From: Eledone cirrhosa
Taxonomy: Eukaryota
DNA length: 64,000 nt
Assembly: GCA_964016885.1 (NCBI GenBank)
Contig: OZ024755.1
Location: 10,726,001-10,790,000, forward strand
Direction of reading: 5' to 3'
Positions 38,439-54,724 of this stretch are shown here, piece after piece. How positions within the stretch are numbered: the stretch's first letter is position 1; each line of letters begins with the position of its first letter. The notes under the pieces were generated by a model. It was not told where the DNA came from, did no database searches, and was given only the letters and a program-made list of their open reading frames with translations. A program made the translations under genes and the position numbers.

Positions 38439-38871
38439 ATATGTATATATATATGTATATATGTATGTATATACATGTATGTATATATGTATATATGTAT
38501 GTATATACATATATATATACATATGTATATATATATGTATATATATATATATGAATATGCATATATATATATATGTATATGTATATATGTATGTATATAC
38601 ATATATATATACATATGTATATATGTATATATATATATGTATATGTATATATGTATGTATATATGTATATGTATGTATATATGTATATGTATATATATAT
38701 GTATATATGTATATGTATATATATATGTATATATGTATATGTATATATATATGATATATGTATATGTATATATATATGTATATATGTATATGTATATATA
38801 TATGATATATGTATATGTATATATATATGATATATGTATATATATATGATATATGTATATATATATGTATA

Positions 38872-38902
<31 letters not shown>
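38222..38902. repeat. Compound (TA)n/(TATG)n microsatellite
   Basis: Direct inspection. Confidence 0.95.
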
Positions 38903-39165
38903 TGAATCATCTGTCATAGACAAATGTAGGTTGGTATTACATAAATACTCGTAGAATGGCTCTTTGACATACTACAGGTTTGGAATCGATCTCTTACTGT
39001 AAATGGTTTCCTTTCTGCCAACTAACCATAAATATGTGCTATACCCCAAAGCACACTTCTAGGACCATTACAATTTATCATCACCCTATCAAGTATATAT
39101 CACTGGTACACTCGGCCAGCATAACGAGTTACGCCGATGTATTTATGTATGTTTTAATGTCTCTC

Positions 39166-39280
<115 letters not shown>

Positions 39281-41209
39281 GAGAGTGTGTGTATGTAGAT
39301 GTATTTATTATTATTTGCAGTTTATTTACATATTTATTTTTAAAGAGTATGTAAATTTTGTGATGAATTCGAAATTCGAAAACCATAGAAAAAGATAAGA
39401 AATAGAAAGGTTTATCGAATTCCACGTTCCTTTGCCGGGTATACTATACTTTATTTAATTATATTCACGGCTAATCCATCGGGTATATTATTCATATATG
39501 TTGAAAAAGCTGGAATTAAGTTCGTGGAAGTTCTGGTGGCTAATTCTAGAAGCTGGAGCAATAAACTAGAGAAATAAGAAAATGAACATATTGAGAAACT
39601 CTATCCGAACAATATTTCTGCATTGAAACCAAAATAAATCTAAGATGGTTAGTTACAATACATCTGGGATACAAGACCGAATTACCTTTCTAGAATTTTC
39701 TACAGGAAAGTTCTGATACCTCATATTTTGTTTTAAGCTTTGTTTTCGTTATTTTTTGTTGTTGATATTTTTTTCTCTGTTGGTTTACTGGTGATTGTGC
39801 TGTTTATGACTTCTCCATGAGCAACAGAAACCTAATTTAAATTGATATAACTAAAACAAGGTTATTGAATTCAGCTTCTGGATACAACTGACATTGAGTT
39901 TAGCCTCTCGTCTACAGACACTTCTCAAACACACTATCGGTCCTTTTTCTTCTGTTTATTGTATAATCAAAACGTGAGCTATACATTGTTGTCGTTGTTT
40001 AGAACTCAATATATTTTGTGTACGTTGGACTTCCGTCGGTTCAACCGATGAATCTTGTAGTTGTTTCTCCAACGAAACAACTTGCGCTTGAAATTAACGT
40101 GCAAGTGGGTGAACATTATACAGGCACAGATACGTGTACACTTGAAATAATTGTCAGTGAGATTCAGCGTGACATAATGTGTGAGAAACGTGGAAATTCA
40201 GACACGCACATCCACGCACACACACAGACACACACAAACACAAACACACACACGCACACACACATATTTCTTTTTTACCGAGCACGATATCATTAAAGGC
40301 AAAGTTGTCTCTGAGGTGATTCACAGAGATTCACATACCGCAAATATTTTATCCGACGATCTAACGACTCTGGCAATTTGTCGCCTTACGCTTTCCCATA
40401 TATCAGTGTAAACAAAATTTAGTTAGTTAACACTAATAATTTGAAAGGGAATAAAAATGTTATACTACTGTGATAAAACCAACTGCATGAAATCACTCTG
40501 TAAATCCAATTACGGACTGAATAAAAGCAGAAAATAATATTTATATTTGGAGTTAGTTTCGTTCTATGAATCCAATTATTAACGAAGGAAAGTTTTTTTG
40601 TTTTTTTTCCAATATATTGGATTAGATTAGTAATGAGTTAGAAAACTACATCAGTTGCATAAATTGGACTGATAGAATATACAAAATTATTTTTAGTAAT
40701 ATTCAAATTCACATCACAATTTATAGCCTATAATTGTAAATATCCGCAGTTGTTGTCATAGATACCTACTCGTTATAGAAGAGATATGTCAGTTTGGTAG
40801 ACGATAGCTTCTCCCGGGATATTTCATTGTAGAATGGATCACTGAACACCAAACATTCAGTCCATCGATCGCCGGTAACCTAATCAAGCGATCCAATCGA
40901 AGGACAAAGCTGACTGAAATGATTGCACATGCATATCATTCTGTGTTTCTCACAAAACATACCAAATCGTCTAATAGAAGGACGACAGGGTACTGAGGTT
41001 GACATAGATTAACCTCTGTTAGTTAAGACTATGACTCAGACATATCGTAGTAAAGATTATGTTGTGATATGTCTGTAATGTAAAGTGCTACAATGATATA
41101 AAGTGGAAAGACCCCTTTCGGTCACGAATGACCATGGAATTTGCACCTAGAAATCCCCCTTGATTAGTCTGTTTACGCCTACCCACACACACACACACAA
41201 ACACACACA

Positions 41210-41279
<70 letters not shown>

Positions 41280-41463
41280 AAGAGTTTTATATCTTTATGA
41301 ATATTTGAAAATTGACAAGAATGTCTATATGTGTGTGTATTGCAAACTATATTCAGACAATGAGTTGGCAATGAGGGTTAGTGGATGAGTGAATGTTATT
41401 AATATGCTCAAATCCATACCATAGAGACACATGGACGCTAACACATGCTCATACACAAACGCA

Positions 41464-41505
<42 letters not shown>

Positions 41506-42187
41506 TTAATATTATTATTATTATTACAAATTTACAATGGAACAGCATCTGATTAAATAGGCTATTCAAGTAAGTATTATTCTTCACATGCAAAATTACT
41601 TGTAGTTGTGTTTTCAGTATCATATGTATAAAACACAAATCAGCACGCGAGGCGGTAAATATTAACGAAGATTGAATATTGATGAATGAACAAATTTTGT
41701 TTTTCATCATATTTAATTATCTGGTTATGGGAAATCAATTGCTCCAGTTAGTAGTTGAAATTTCTCAATAAATAGTCGTGGAACTGTCTGCATACATTCA
41801 GTAATTCAGAACTTTTGTTCAAAATTGCAAAACTCTGAAATATTTCACACATTTCCGAGAGCCAGAGATCACATCTTCCGGACAATTAATACAGCTTCCA
41901 GGATCTATAATAGGTCATTCGATTTCATAGTTTATAATATTATTACACTTTAGTTACCAGATATGTTTAAACAAAGATTAGATTCAGTTAACCCTTGCAC
42001 TTACTTTCATATCTATTTATTGAGAAATTTCCAATTATCATTTAGTTCAAGTCATGCTTTTACAAAACACGCAAATTTCAAGAGGTTTTAACATCTAAAT
42101 ATGTTTACATACACTGATCTATATATTGAGTTCGTTTATCATTACAGAGTTCAACACATCACCAATCTCACTTTAACTCTTTCCGTC

Positions 42188-42258
<71 letters not shown>

Positions 42259-42339
42259 ATAAATCGATACATATGTGTATATGCACACATGTCTATGTAT
42301 GTGTCTAATATATATATATTAGACACATGTGTGTGTGTC

Positions 42340-42489
42340 CAGGGTTCAGTTAGTAAGGTAGTCAGTACCTTAGTAGAGTGAGAACATCAAGTTTAATACA
42401 AAAATATGTTGTACAGGGCTAGACCTTATAATTGTTTCTTATTAATGAAACAGTTCTAGCCCTGTAGAAGCAATTTCTATATTAAACTT
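42340..42489. mobile_element. Penelope-like remnant: inverted pair of hammerhead 3' halves related to the 36835 ribozyme
   Basis: GAAACAGTTCTAGCCCTGTAGAAGC..TCTATATTAAA (42447-42487) resembles 36860-36898; an inverted copy lies at 42389-42438. Confidence 0.65.
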
Positions 42490-42493
42490 TATA

Positions 42494-42541
<48 letters not shown>

Positions 42542-42911
42542 GAGACATACACATAGATTTTAAAACACGCATATATATGTATGTGTGTAAGTGTGTTTGT
42601 GTATGTGTGCATCTGTATGCATATATACGTGTTGTTTAGATTTATATATTTATATATTCCATTGGCAGGTCAACCAATTAATTATTCTTTCGATTAAACA
42701 TATCAGCTGGGAGCCAAAGATTTGAGAATGTTTGCAGACTTGCAGACTAGCAAACATTTGTCAAGATGAATACTGTATAAAGCAGGAAAGGAATAGTTAC
42801 TTATCTGTGATATATTCACTATATAATTCACAGAATCTCAAAGAATCGGCTGCTATTGAATGTAAGAAGTTTATGTTTGCTTTCATAATTTGGCAATAAA
42901 TGAGGCAGCTG

Positions 42912-42963
<52 letters not shown>

Positions 42964-43016
42964 GTGTATCTATGTGTATGCACACACATATTTGTATATG
43001 TATGTATATATATTTG

Positions 43017-43089
<73 letters not shown>

Positions 43090-43781
43090 TTGGAGAGATA
43101 TATACATATAGAGTGAGAGAGAATTGTGTGCGATTGAAACCTGTAAAATATCACAGAAATTAAAGAAATACTTCGTTTGCAGTCTGACGATATTCTTCTT
43201 CTTACATTTGGTTGTCGTGATTGATGTTGTTGTTGTTGTATATTTTCTATTCCCGATTGACATTTATCGAGACCATGTTTAAATTATGCTTGGTTCCTGA
43301 AAAAAGAAATATATATATATATATATATATATATTCGAAATATTTCATAGCAACCAGTAAATGAATATCTCTTTTTTGTTAACATTGTAACGATACATCA
43401 TATGACGTATTTAATTTTCTTCCATCCTGTCAAAGTATAAGTGGCTTCGTAAGAACTAAACCAGCTAGAATGCCCCACACATTTCTTTTCTGCTACATGA
43501 GTGATATAATTATTCAACTTAATGTATGAAATTTGAAGGGATTTTTTTCTCTACGTATGTGTTCAGCATTTGAAATGTATTTCGTAGTAGAAAAAAAAAG
43601 CCACAAATATGGGTGTGGTGGGGAGGTGTTTGAGCCAATGCATATGTGTGTGAAATTATTTCTTTTGCATTTGCAATGGCATGTTGAATACATCTGAATC
43701 CACGAAACCGAAATATGATTTGTTAGCTACTCCTTCACTGTATGTACATACATACATGCATATGTAGATACAAGAATGCAT

Positions 43782-43854
<73 letters not shown>

Positions 43855-43895
43855 CATATATATATATACATACATATATATATATATATACATAC

Positions 43896-43968
<73 letters not shown>

Positions 43969-44307
43969 CATATATACATACATACATACATGGATACATA
44001 TACATACACATATACACATACATACATTCATATATACATAAATATATACCTATGTATTCTTATTATTATCATATGTCCCTAGGGTTCTGTAACTACTGAT
44101 TTGAATAAACGCCTGCAAATGCTAAGCTTTATTGAGTAAGGAAAATGAACCAAATTATCCTGCATCGTTCAAATCTAACATACAAGTGGTGCAGTGAATC
44201 TAAAGATTCTTCCTTTTAGTTTCCTGGAATATATATATGCTCACATCTACCAACGTAAGTGGGATACGACGCACTTACACACACTACACCACACATATAT
44301 ATATACA

Positions 44308-44507
44308 NNNNNNNNNNNNNNNNNNNNNNNNNNNNNNNNNNNNNNNNNNNNNNNNNNNNNNNNNNNNNNNNNNNNNNNNNNNNNNNNNNNNNNNNNNNNN
44401 NNNNNNNNNNNNNNNNNNNNNNNNNNNNNNNNNNNNNNNNNNNNNNNNNNNNNNNNNNNNNNNNNNNNNNNNNNNNNNNNNNNNNNNNNNNNNNNNNNNN
44501 NNNNNNN
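44308..44507. other. Assembly gap (200 N)
   Basis: Run of n. Confidence 1.
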
Positions 44508-44519
44508 AGGTTCTTTTTT

Positions 44520-44710
44520 AATAATTGTTTCTACTTTAGGCACAAGGCCAGCAATTACCCAGTGCATTACTGGTACTTTATTTTATCGACCCCGTAAGGA
44601 TGAAAGGCAAAGTCAACCTCGGCCGTATTTGAACTCAGATCGTAAAGGGACGTAACTATGCTGGAAAGCATGGCGTCCGACCCTCTACCGATACTGCCAA
44701 TCCACCGCCC
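44520..44710 (-). mobile_element. SINE family A (short-tail), full length
   Basis: Ends in ctgccaatccaccgccc (reverse complement of the 5' end). Confidence 0.9.
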
Positions 44711-46381
44711 TTTACTTCTTTTTTAATAATAAGTTGAAAATGCACTTGGAGTCTTTAAGAAGGTTTATTTATAATTCCTTATATATTCACAGATCCATTG
44801 CACTCATGATACCTCGATTCCAACATCCTCTGCGTTCAAGCATTAATAGGTTTATTGTAATTGGGAAGAATCGGTTTCAATTGAACACCCATCTCATGAT
44901 TAACCGCCTAACTAGTTCAGTATTCCACAGTTAAGAATCAACGTTATGTTAAATGTACCTATCCTGAAACTTCCATCCAGTATTGTCTCGACTTTACGCT
45001 ACGTTCGACATTTGCCCAATACACTAACTACACTTTGGAATCGGACAGGGGACCTCACGATTGTGAAGCAAACTGCTAAAGCCCTATAAACTCCTCAGCC
45101 AAGCAAGCGTCTAATAAAATATGAGACAAATCCTCAAACTTATGTAGGAAAAATGTATATTAACATAGCCCTGCATACGCAGAGTCTGAGAGAATATATC
45201 ACGGATGTTTATACCTTTCATTAATGTTTTTCTCATTAAAACAACCACAACACATCACATCTATAACATCATCAATAACGGCAACTACAAAACCAACAGC
45301 AACAACTATAAAGTCAGCAACAATAACAAAATAGACCTACATTTGCAATATGAGCCACAATTACAACAGCAGCCATAAAACAAACAACACGTACATCAAA
45401 AACAAACACTACTACCGCTGCTGCTGCTACTACTACTACTACTACTACTACTTCAAATATATCAACTTCCATCTAGAAAAACAAATAATACAACAGCAAG
45501 AGCAACAACAAATTGTTAAAATTAGACATCGAAATAATATTACTGTTTCTCCTGAAGGTAAACAATCAGATGCCAAATTAATCTGTAAACATAATGTGTA
45601 GATAAACAACATAAAACATAACATTTTGTACACACACACACATACATACACACATATATATATATATATGTGTGTGTGTATGTATGAATGTAAGTGTGTG
45701 TACATATGCATGTATATGTATATGTGTGTGTGTGTTTGTATATATATATATATATATATATGCACACAAGATAACTTTGTTTTACATCCTTAATCGAGCC
45801 GACCATTAGAAACTATTGAAAATCACTTTAAAAACATCAACAACAACGCCACCGACATCATAAGCATTAATAAGACACAATCAACAGTAACAAAATCAAC
45901 TGCAACAAAAACATGAATAGTAACAAGAACAGCTTCAATAGCAACACCTCAAACAATAGCAACATAAAGAACAACACCATCAACAAAACCACAACACCAA
46001 TATCAAAGACATCAGCAATATCAACAACAACAAGCCTTAACAAGAACACCTGCCACGCTACCTCACCGCCACACCAAAAACAACTATGTAACTACCATAA
46101 CCACCACTAGAACAATAACAACTTCAACACCACCGCCACCGCCACTTCTAACAACGACAAAAGCAGATCACTTACTTCTAAACGGAATCTATTTCAAGGT
46201 ACGAATATATATTAACATTCTAACTGTCTATTATTAGGAAATTAATGTATAAATGTTATTCGACTTAATGGTAGGGATGGAGATGGGACGGGATTAACGT
46301 TTGTAAGACATATCAATGGAAGACATATTGTGTGTGAATACATATATATTAGCATGTATGTTTGACTGCTACATATATGTA

Positions 46382-46453
<72 letters not shown>

Positions 46454-47087
46454 TGTGTGTGTGTGTGTGTGTGTATTTATTGTCAGAGAAACCTGGTGTT
46501 TTGCTTCACATTAACCAGCTTCAGACAGTGAACAATGAGATGTATTCTATATTTGCATATTAAAAGATGATTAAAAATTAAACTAAAATATCGAGTGATG
46601 AGTAGTGAAAGCAGCTCAGCAACTTTTTTATAAGATTTCAACAACAATAACAAGAACAATGACCTCCGTAACCCCATCAACTATTTTCACCAATTCCAAT
46701 ACCTGAAATCGTAGAATTGTGTGGAATCAGATTTGGCAGGAACAGCAACTTATTTTTCCTGAATTTCCTATGTTACTTAACTAAAGCAAAAAAGAACTGG
46801 CCGTCCGAGCGAACCGATAAATTGTGATTTCATTGGTATTTCCATTGCTGATACTATCTCCAATTCGCAACTCCTGACAGAAGGAATGATTTCAACTCAA
46901 ACGTCACAGAGCCGGTCAGTTACAGTAAACACCCCGTCTTAATTCCCCCAATCCACAAACTCCGACATAATTAAAGGTGTAGGTGACTTCGGCTATATTT
47001 GAAACTGGAATGTAAAGAACCGGAATAAAAATCGATTCTCTGACCACTCAGCCAATTTCCCAAAATTTATATGAATGAGATTTGAAT

Positions 47088-47277
47088 ATAATTGTTTCTA
47101 CTTTTGGCACAAGGCCAGCAATTATTCCAGTGTATTACTGGTACTTTATTTTATCGACCCCGTAAAGATGAAAGGCAAAGTTAACTTCGGCGGGATTTGA
47201 AATCAGACGATAAGGGGCCGTACCTCTTTGCTGCAAAGCATGGCGTCCAACACTCTACCGATACTGCCAAACCACCA
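47088..47277 (-). mobile_element. SINE family A (short-tail), full length
   Basis: Same motifs as the other copies. Confidence 0.9.
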
Positions 47278-47706
47278 CCAGATTTGAATATAATAACATG
47301 AAATTTCAGTTGTAATACATAACCTACAAATTATATTTCTTACACCGAACTCATATAAATTAAAAAGAGAGGTGTATATCTGGTAGGTAACAATGTAGGA
47401 AGAAAAGCTGGGGAAGATGTATTTAAAACCTTACGAGTCAGCGATAGTGAATCAGCCATTTGACACAATCGGTTTCATCTCACATTGTTCAAAGAATGCC
47501 GAATATAGCAGAATGTATTTCTACCTCACCATGACATATATTTCGTTTTTATGAATATGGATGTTGACTTCGCCTTTCACTATTCTCTATTGAGTAAAAG
47601 GAATTAATAAGTAGAAAGCAAGTATTAGAATATCGATATAATAGACGTTATATCTTGCAACAAATTTGCGCCCTTGTATGAAAGTTAGAAAACGACACTA
47701 CTGGCG

Positions 47707-47793
<87 letters not shown>

Positions 47794-48497
47794 TGTTTGT
47801 GTATGTATAGGAATTTGTGTGTATGTGTACGTGTTTCTATAGTATTTCTATAGCTGAATGCAATTAATTCATTCCTATGTCGTGCAGAAGTTTCTACATT
47901 GCCTCACTTATTTCTGCAATACCTTAATCGGATAGAATATGTCTATCATCTGCTTAACGCTTTAAAATCCAGGGATAAGTACTAGAATTACGGACTTGAC
48001 ACATGCCGATATATACAATACACATCTAGAAACTTACACAATAACATTTTTTTATATCTCTAATATTATTCTGTGATTTCCATAGCACTCTATTGGAAAA
48101 CAATAACGTGTATCCCTGTGTACTGGTGTAGATGCTGGACATTCGTCTGTTCCGACGAAGAGTGCTCCAGTTGTTCAAACAAACTGACAGCTTTGTCTTA
48201 AAATTATCGTGTGTAAGGCTGAATCATTCTACAGTTACGGGTAATATTAAAGTAGTTTTCATGGCAATTCATCTTGACACAATGTGTGGAAAATATGGCA
48301 CTTTGAACTTCAAGTAAAATTCAATTCGTTTTTTTTCCAGTTTGGAGCAACGTGGAATAAGGATTCTTGTTCAATAACAAAGAGCTCCATCGGGAATCGA
48401 ACTCACAACATTTACAAACTTACACAGTGATATAATTCTTTTTATTTCTACTCTTGTTTGTGGGTTTTCATATGCTTCTTTGAAAGTAAAAACATCC

Positions 48498-48728
48498 TTG
48501 TCTAGCAAGTGATTTGATCTGAGATTGTGAGTTCAAACTAAAGCAATTATGTAGTAGATGAGTCAAGTTAGCCACAGTTGTACTTGTCTAGTAAGTGACT
48601 TGATCTGAGACTGTGCTCTAAAGCTAAAGTAATTATGTAGTGGGGGAGTCATTTTAGCCACAGTTGTACTTGTCTGAAAAGTAACTTGATCTGAGAACGT
48701 GTGTTGAAGCTAAAGCAATTACAGTGTG
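48498..48728. repeat. ~86-bp tandem repeat, ~2.7 copies
   Basis: cttgtct...aagt.a.ttgatctgaga...ctaaag.aatta at 48498, 48583 and 48669. Confidence 0.88.
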
Positions 48729-49047
48729 GAAGAATCGTTTTAGATATTCAAAGGCACGTAAAATCTCTTAACTTCACTTTACATTTATTATTTATTTATT
48801 TTTTTAATGTTAAATGTATAGTAAAGCTGACAGTTTTTGAGAGATTTTGAATGGTTAAATGTATATTTCCAAGTCATAATTTCTAATATATATTCGATCC
48901 AGCTCAAAAGCATTTTCAAATACTGAATTAAAGATAGTTGACGGTCTAACTCTAATGTGGTTATCATATAGAAGGCCATACAGTCCGCGATTATAATCCG
49001 CCGAAACTTACAGACATTGAAGTAAACGCACTGTAAAATCAGTGTTT

Positions 49048-49079
<32 letters not shown>

Positions 49080-50090
49080 TGTATGTATGTATGTATGTAT
49101 GTATGTATGTATGTATGTATGTATGTATGTATGTGTGTTGATGGCAGTCAGTCAAACGTAGGAGATAATTTGATATATAAGAGATGGATTAGATTGTTAT
49201 GAAGTGGTAGACGAAAAGGAAAGTGTGTATATAGACTGAATACAACATAGAAGAGATTCCTCCTTTTTGTCTATATGGATGTATATAAGTATTGGCATGG
49301 TGTGTACGACACTATTTATTGGATTGTGAGAGCGAATGAAAAGTTGAACCAAAGAAAAGTAGTGTAAGATTGACTCATAACGCACAAGATATATGAAAAC
49401 ACGATGGAAAGTTTAACCATTAGATCAAATATTACTTTGGCAGTTCGCCACCTCTGAATTATGGTGAGGTGTAAACGTTTACGAACAACAAAGAGGTGCC
49501 AGACTACACAATATTAATTGAAACTCACACACATATTTCATTTATTTTCTACAGTAAGAAGACATAAGCAAGCGTACCAAAGACTCTACAATATATGCCG
49601 TAATATACGGCTGCTATAATAATAGCAACATCATATATGCAAATATTTACATATATTCACTCATAGACACACGCGTGCAAGCATAAAAATATACGCACAT
49701 TGATATCCACACACATATATAGATATATAATTATATATATAGATATAGATAAATGAGAGAGAGAGAGAGAAAGAGGAGAGCGAGTAGACAAAATCTGACG
49801 TATTCTTTGTTCTGTTAATATTTTTTATTATTATTAAAAACACGAATATTAATATTATATATATATATATATATGAGAGAGAGGGAGAGAGTAATGTGTG
49901 AGACACTATTGTTTACAAGTATGTACAGTTCATTGTGGATTCAAAGGCAGCCATTTACAGTATACTCATAAATATGTACGTGAATATATTCCGACATATA
50001 TACAGGCACGTGCACACAGTTATCCCTTTACATATACTTATACATACAGACACACGCTCCGTCTCTCTCTCTCTATATATATATTATATG

Positions 50091-50156
<66 letters not shown>

Positions 50157-51537
50157 CACGCATTCATTCAGGCAATTTCAGAACATATGTACTTGCGAGT
50201 GTGTATGTATCTATTTTTATACATAAATTCCTTTCACGTTTCCCATCTGTCGATACATTTATAATTTTGTGTAAATAATGATCTATTATCTATCACAAAT
50301 CCTCATAAGTGATTTTGGAGAGTAAGGAATTTGAATATGTGTTGTTCATAACTGTTTGTTCGTGGTCTACTATCTAGAAGGAATATAGGAAGGGAACTGA
50401 ATCGATCTCCATCGCTTTCGACGATGAGTGTTCTAGTTCGAGCAACGGATTAGCCAATATACACAAACTCAGGCTGTTCTCGTTTGAGATCTCAGTTAAC
50501 ATTTACCTCCTATAGATAAATGTGATATCCACGGTAATATTAATATCTCCGAAGTATGTTAGAATACGAAAACAGAATACTTTGCTCTAGAGAATGCAAT
50601 AAAATGTTTTAAATAACTGTTTCAAGAACTAATCCCAAGATCTAAGTTGTTCTCTCGTAAATATGATGAAGTCTGTTGGTTAAGATATAGAGCGCTTAAC
50701 TCATGATGGCGTTGTAGTAGTTCCACCCAGGCATACAGCGTTTCTTAGATATTTTTATAAAACCCGGCATAGACTTTCCCTCTCCAGGTCGGAATACAAT
50801 CGATTTACCTCATCCAGACAAAAATATGAAGTGAGAAACAATCACAATACTATATTGTAACTTTATTTATCGACCTCTAACTGACGAAAAGCAAAGTTGA
50901 ATTCGGTGGGATTTGAACAAATATTGATGCCCCAGCATTTTGAAGTATAACTGAATATATGGGTGGAACTAAATATTTGAGAGTTTATATATCTGGTCGA
51001 TAATTTCATTAGGTTGGCATGAGGGTTTCGGTAAATTCACATTCGGGAATTTTGGTGCTTGTGTATCAATTCAAATCAATACAATAAATCACTCCTGGAA
51101 GGAATGTTTGTAAATCCACCCATCGAATGGCATTACTTACATAAATAAGACATCAGCTACTAAATGTTCTATGCTGGTAAAAATAATGTCTTTGAGACAC
51201 AGAAGGAGGAGGATCGGAACTTTCAATGTTTTAGTGATTTTTCTAAGATAAATATTTAATGCAGGATATAAAGTGGATCCGAACATCCGGAAATCCAAGC
51301 CCGATGTAATACATCAGTTATTGCATTTCATGATAAAAGCTTTATCGGATTCCGTTGAAGAGGAAACAAAAATGGTTACTCATGCGCAGAGGACATATTT
51401 GATTGAATATCATTGGATTTAGTGATTTTGAACAAACTATATAACTATATACATGTTTGCATATACGTGCAATCACACGCACAAACAAACACATCACTAT
51501 ACTCACGAGAACGAGCATATATATATATATATATGTG

Positions 51538-51605
<68 letters not shown>

Positions 51606-51751
51606 CTGGAATATAAGAATTGACGCCACACACGCGTGGTGAACGATATAAGATTTCAAAGTATATATTGTCTTGTCAAACCATGAAAGTATACGACATG
51701 TGTATTTAATATACACTTACATGTATGTTTAAATTCATGACGGATCTCCTA

Positions 51752-51825
<74 letters not shown>

Positions 51826-53226
51826 GAGAGAGAGAGCAGTATGTATATATTAATGCATATTCCGTGAAATATAATGTGATTACAGATATATGTGTGGCTT
51901 CTTTTACAGCATTGTTAAAGTATTGTATTCCGTGAGGATGCAGTATAGTGAAATAATTAAAGGCTTGCTTCACAGTCATTAAGTTACGAGTTCCATCCTG
52001 CTGCATGGCATCTTGTATGAGTGTTATATACAATAAGCGATTTCTGCCAGAAGGAGAGAGAGAGAAAGCGAGAAGGAGTTAGAGAGGAGGAGGATCGACC
52101 CCAGTTGAATGAAAGACAAAGTTAACTTCAGTGAGATTACACCTCAGAGCGCAGCAAGACCGAATGAATGCTGCGAAACATTCTCTACAACTCTCTAATG
52201 AATCTGAATGTCAACAGATGATGCAAAATAAAAATGGGTGAAGAACAAGTTATGTTTATCAAAATGATGCAAATAGAAAAAGCTTGAGAAAATGAAATAA
52301 AATGAGCGTGGGTAGGCGAAAGAGATTAGCTTCACGTTGCTTTAAGCAAGACGAGAAAGTAAAAAAGAAAATGTTTATATTTTGATAAATATGGAGATCG
52401 GTGTTTTCCATATTTATCAGAATGGATATTATGATAAAAAGAATTTCTGGAATAATGATAGTTGTGTATAAATATTTTTTGCTTTTTGAATAATATTGTC
52501 ATATTTTAAATGCACTATCATGATTTTTAAACATTTTGTTTTTCTTTATAACAATCATTAAATAGATCAGTGGGCCGGTAAAATGAATTTTATAAATAAG
52601 AAAGCTGTCAAACTTTGCTGAACAGATATCTGTGTTTATATATCGCTTTCGCACGCACTCATCACCATTGACGTGTGTTGTATATTGTGATATTTATGTA
52701 TCATTGATAATATTAAACACAACATATGGCGGTATGTGGGTTAGGGGTTAGGGTTAGACTTGCATGCATTGATGACTGCTGCTCTTTAACAAACGATGAT
52801 CCCAACACTTATGGCTAGCTGAGATACACCCAGTTGGATATGATTTCATAACCCGTGGCAAATCATAACTGAAAAGGGCCTTTCCTTTAGATATAAATTT
52901 TGAAAATTTGTAGGTAAACAAATCGTATGAATGGTATCAACCATTGTTTTGTATTCCTCCTAGTTAATAAAACTGGCAACACTTATATAATAAAACTGTC
53001 ACTTATGATGACATGGGTACACTCGCACAAGAGTAGTTTATTAAATCATATTCACTGAACTTGAAATCCAGCTTTATTCAAGAGATTCTATTCAATGATA
53101 TTCTACCCGTTCAACCATGAAAGTAATCATATCTGTTTTCTGTAAGATAAAGTTTCCATTTGATATTTGATTTAAAGCTTGTCGTTACTAATATAGAGAT
53201 TACGCGATAGGATCTATCTTACAGTT

Positions 53227-53450
53227 CAGGTTGAAAACCCTTTATCCGAAATACTTCGGAACGGACGTGTTTCAGATATCAGATTTTTTCGTAATTTGGA
53301 ATATGTTTACACAGTATATATAAATTAGAATCGTTTCGTGGTGGATCACAAGCCTACACACGATGTCCATTTACATTTCATAATATAAATTATGAAACTA
53401 CCTTCAGGATATGTGTATATGTAGTAACATATACTCTGAATGTAGTTTTA
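53227..53450 (+). mobile_element. Tigger/pogo-type DNA transposon left end (Tigger4/MER46-like)
   Basis: CAGGTTGAAAACCCTTTATCCGAAATACTTCGGAACGGACGTGTTTCAGATATCAGATTTTTTCGTAATTTGGAATAT resembles the MER46/Tigger4 terminus as recalled; no right TIR seen. Confidence 0.6.
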
Positions 53451-54679
53451 TATAAATTTCATATACCCCGGAGGTATATTTAATTACATATATTAAAAGT
53501 AGTTTTATATAGATTAAATATACTCTGGAGGTAGTTTTATATAATTTACATATACATTAGAGGTAGTTTAATGTCAATGTTAAAATATAACCTCTTATGA
53601 AGGAAAGGACGGTCAGAGCGGTCAGAGAAGAAAAAGAAGAGACAGTGTGTGTGAGAGAGAACGAAAGGATTAGAGTATAAAGCCTATGATGAGCCTATGA
53701 TGAGAGATGGGAAAGTTAGAGAGAGAGAAGGAAAAAAGAAATGAGAGCGATGGAGCAAAAAAATTTGACATGGAGAATTACGGAAGATAAAACAATGGAG
53801 AAAAGTTGAAAAGAACGTAAAATGAATAAAGAACCATAGTGGCTTAATCACACACGCACACACGCACACACACACACACAGATACACACATACATACATA
53901 TATACATACACATATATATATATACATAAATATATATATGTAAAAGTATATATGTATATATATATATATATATGTGTATATATTTATATGTATATATGTA
54001 TATATATGTATATATGTATATATGTATATATATATTTATATATTTATATGTATATATGTATATATATATGTATATATATATGTATATATATATTTATATG
54101 TATATATGTATATATATATGTATATATATATGTATATATATATTTATATGTATATATATATTTATATGTATATGTATATATGTATATTTATATGTATATA
54201 TGTATATTTATATATATATGTGTATATATGTATATATGTATATATATATATGTATATATGTATATATAAACTGATCCAGCTCTTTTTTGCTGCCCTGTAC
54301 ATCACCTTTTCACAAAGCGGTTTTGTTTGTTTAAAACCATACTAGGTGATGAACACAGCTGCAGTTGTTTGTAAGACACTTCAACATCCAATAGATTTTA
54401 TAAATTGTTTGCTACATTTAGCAATTCTACTAAACACAGCTGGACTGATTGATGTAAAATACTTCGAAACGAATAAAAAGGATAATAAATATGAGTCAGT
54501 ATTCTAGAGAGTTTTGATATATACTTAATAAGATGGCCTTGCTAAAGTTCACCTGATCATTATTCGTTTAGTTTAGGGTTGTTTTAAGGGTATTGTCGTT
54601 GTCTTAGATGTATTTTGTAAACATACAACGCAATAACACTATGCCTATTATTATACACACACATACATTCATATATATA

Positions 54680-54724
<45 letters not shown>

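Noticed and set aside
52738-52758. Interstitial telomeric repeat
   Set aside because: Only ~3 imperfect TTAGGG units; too short to interpret
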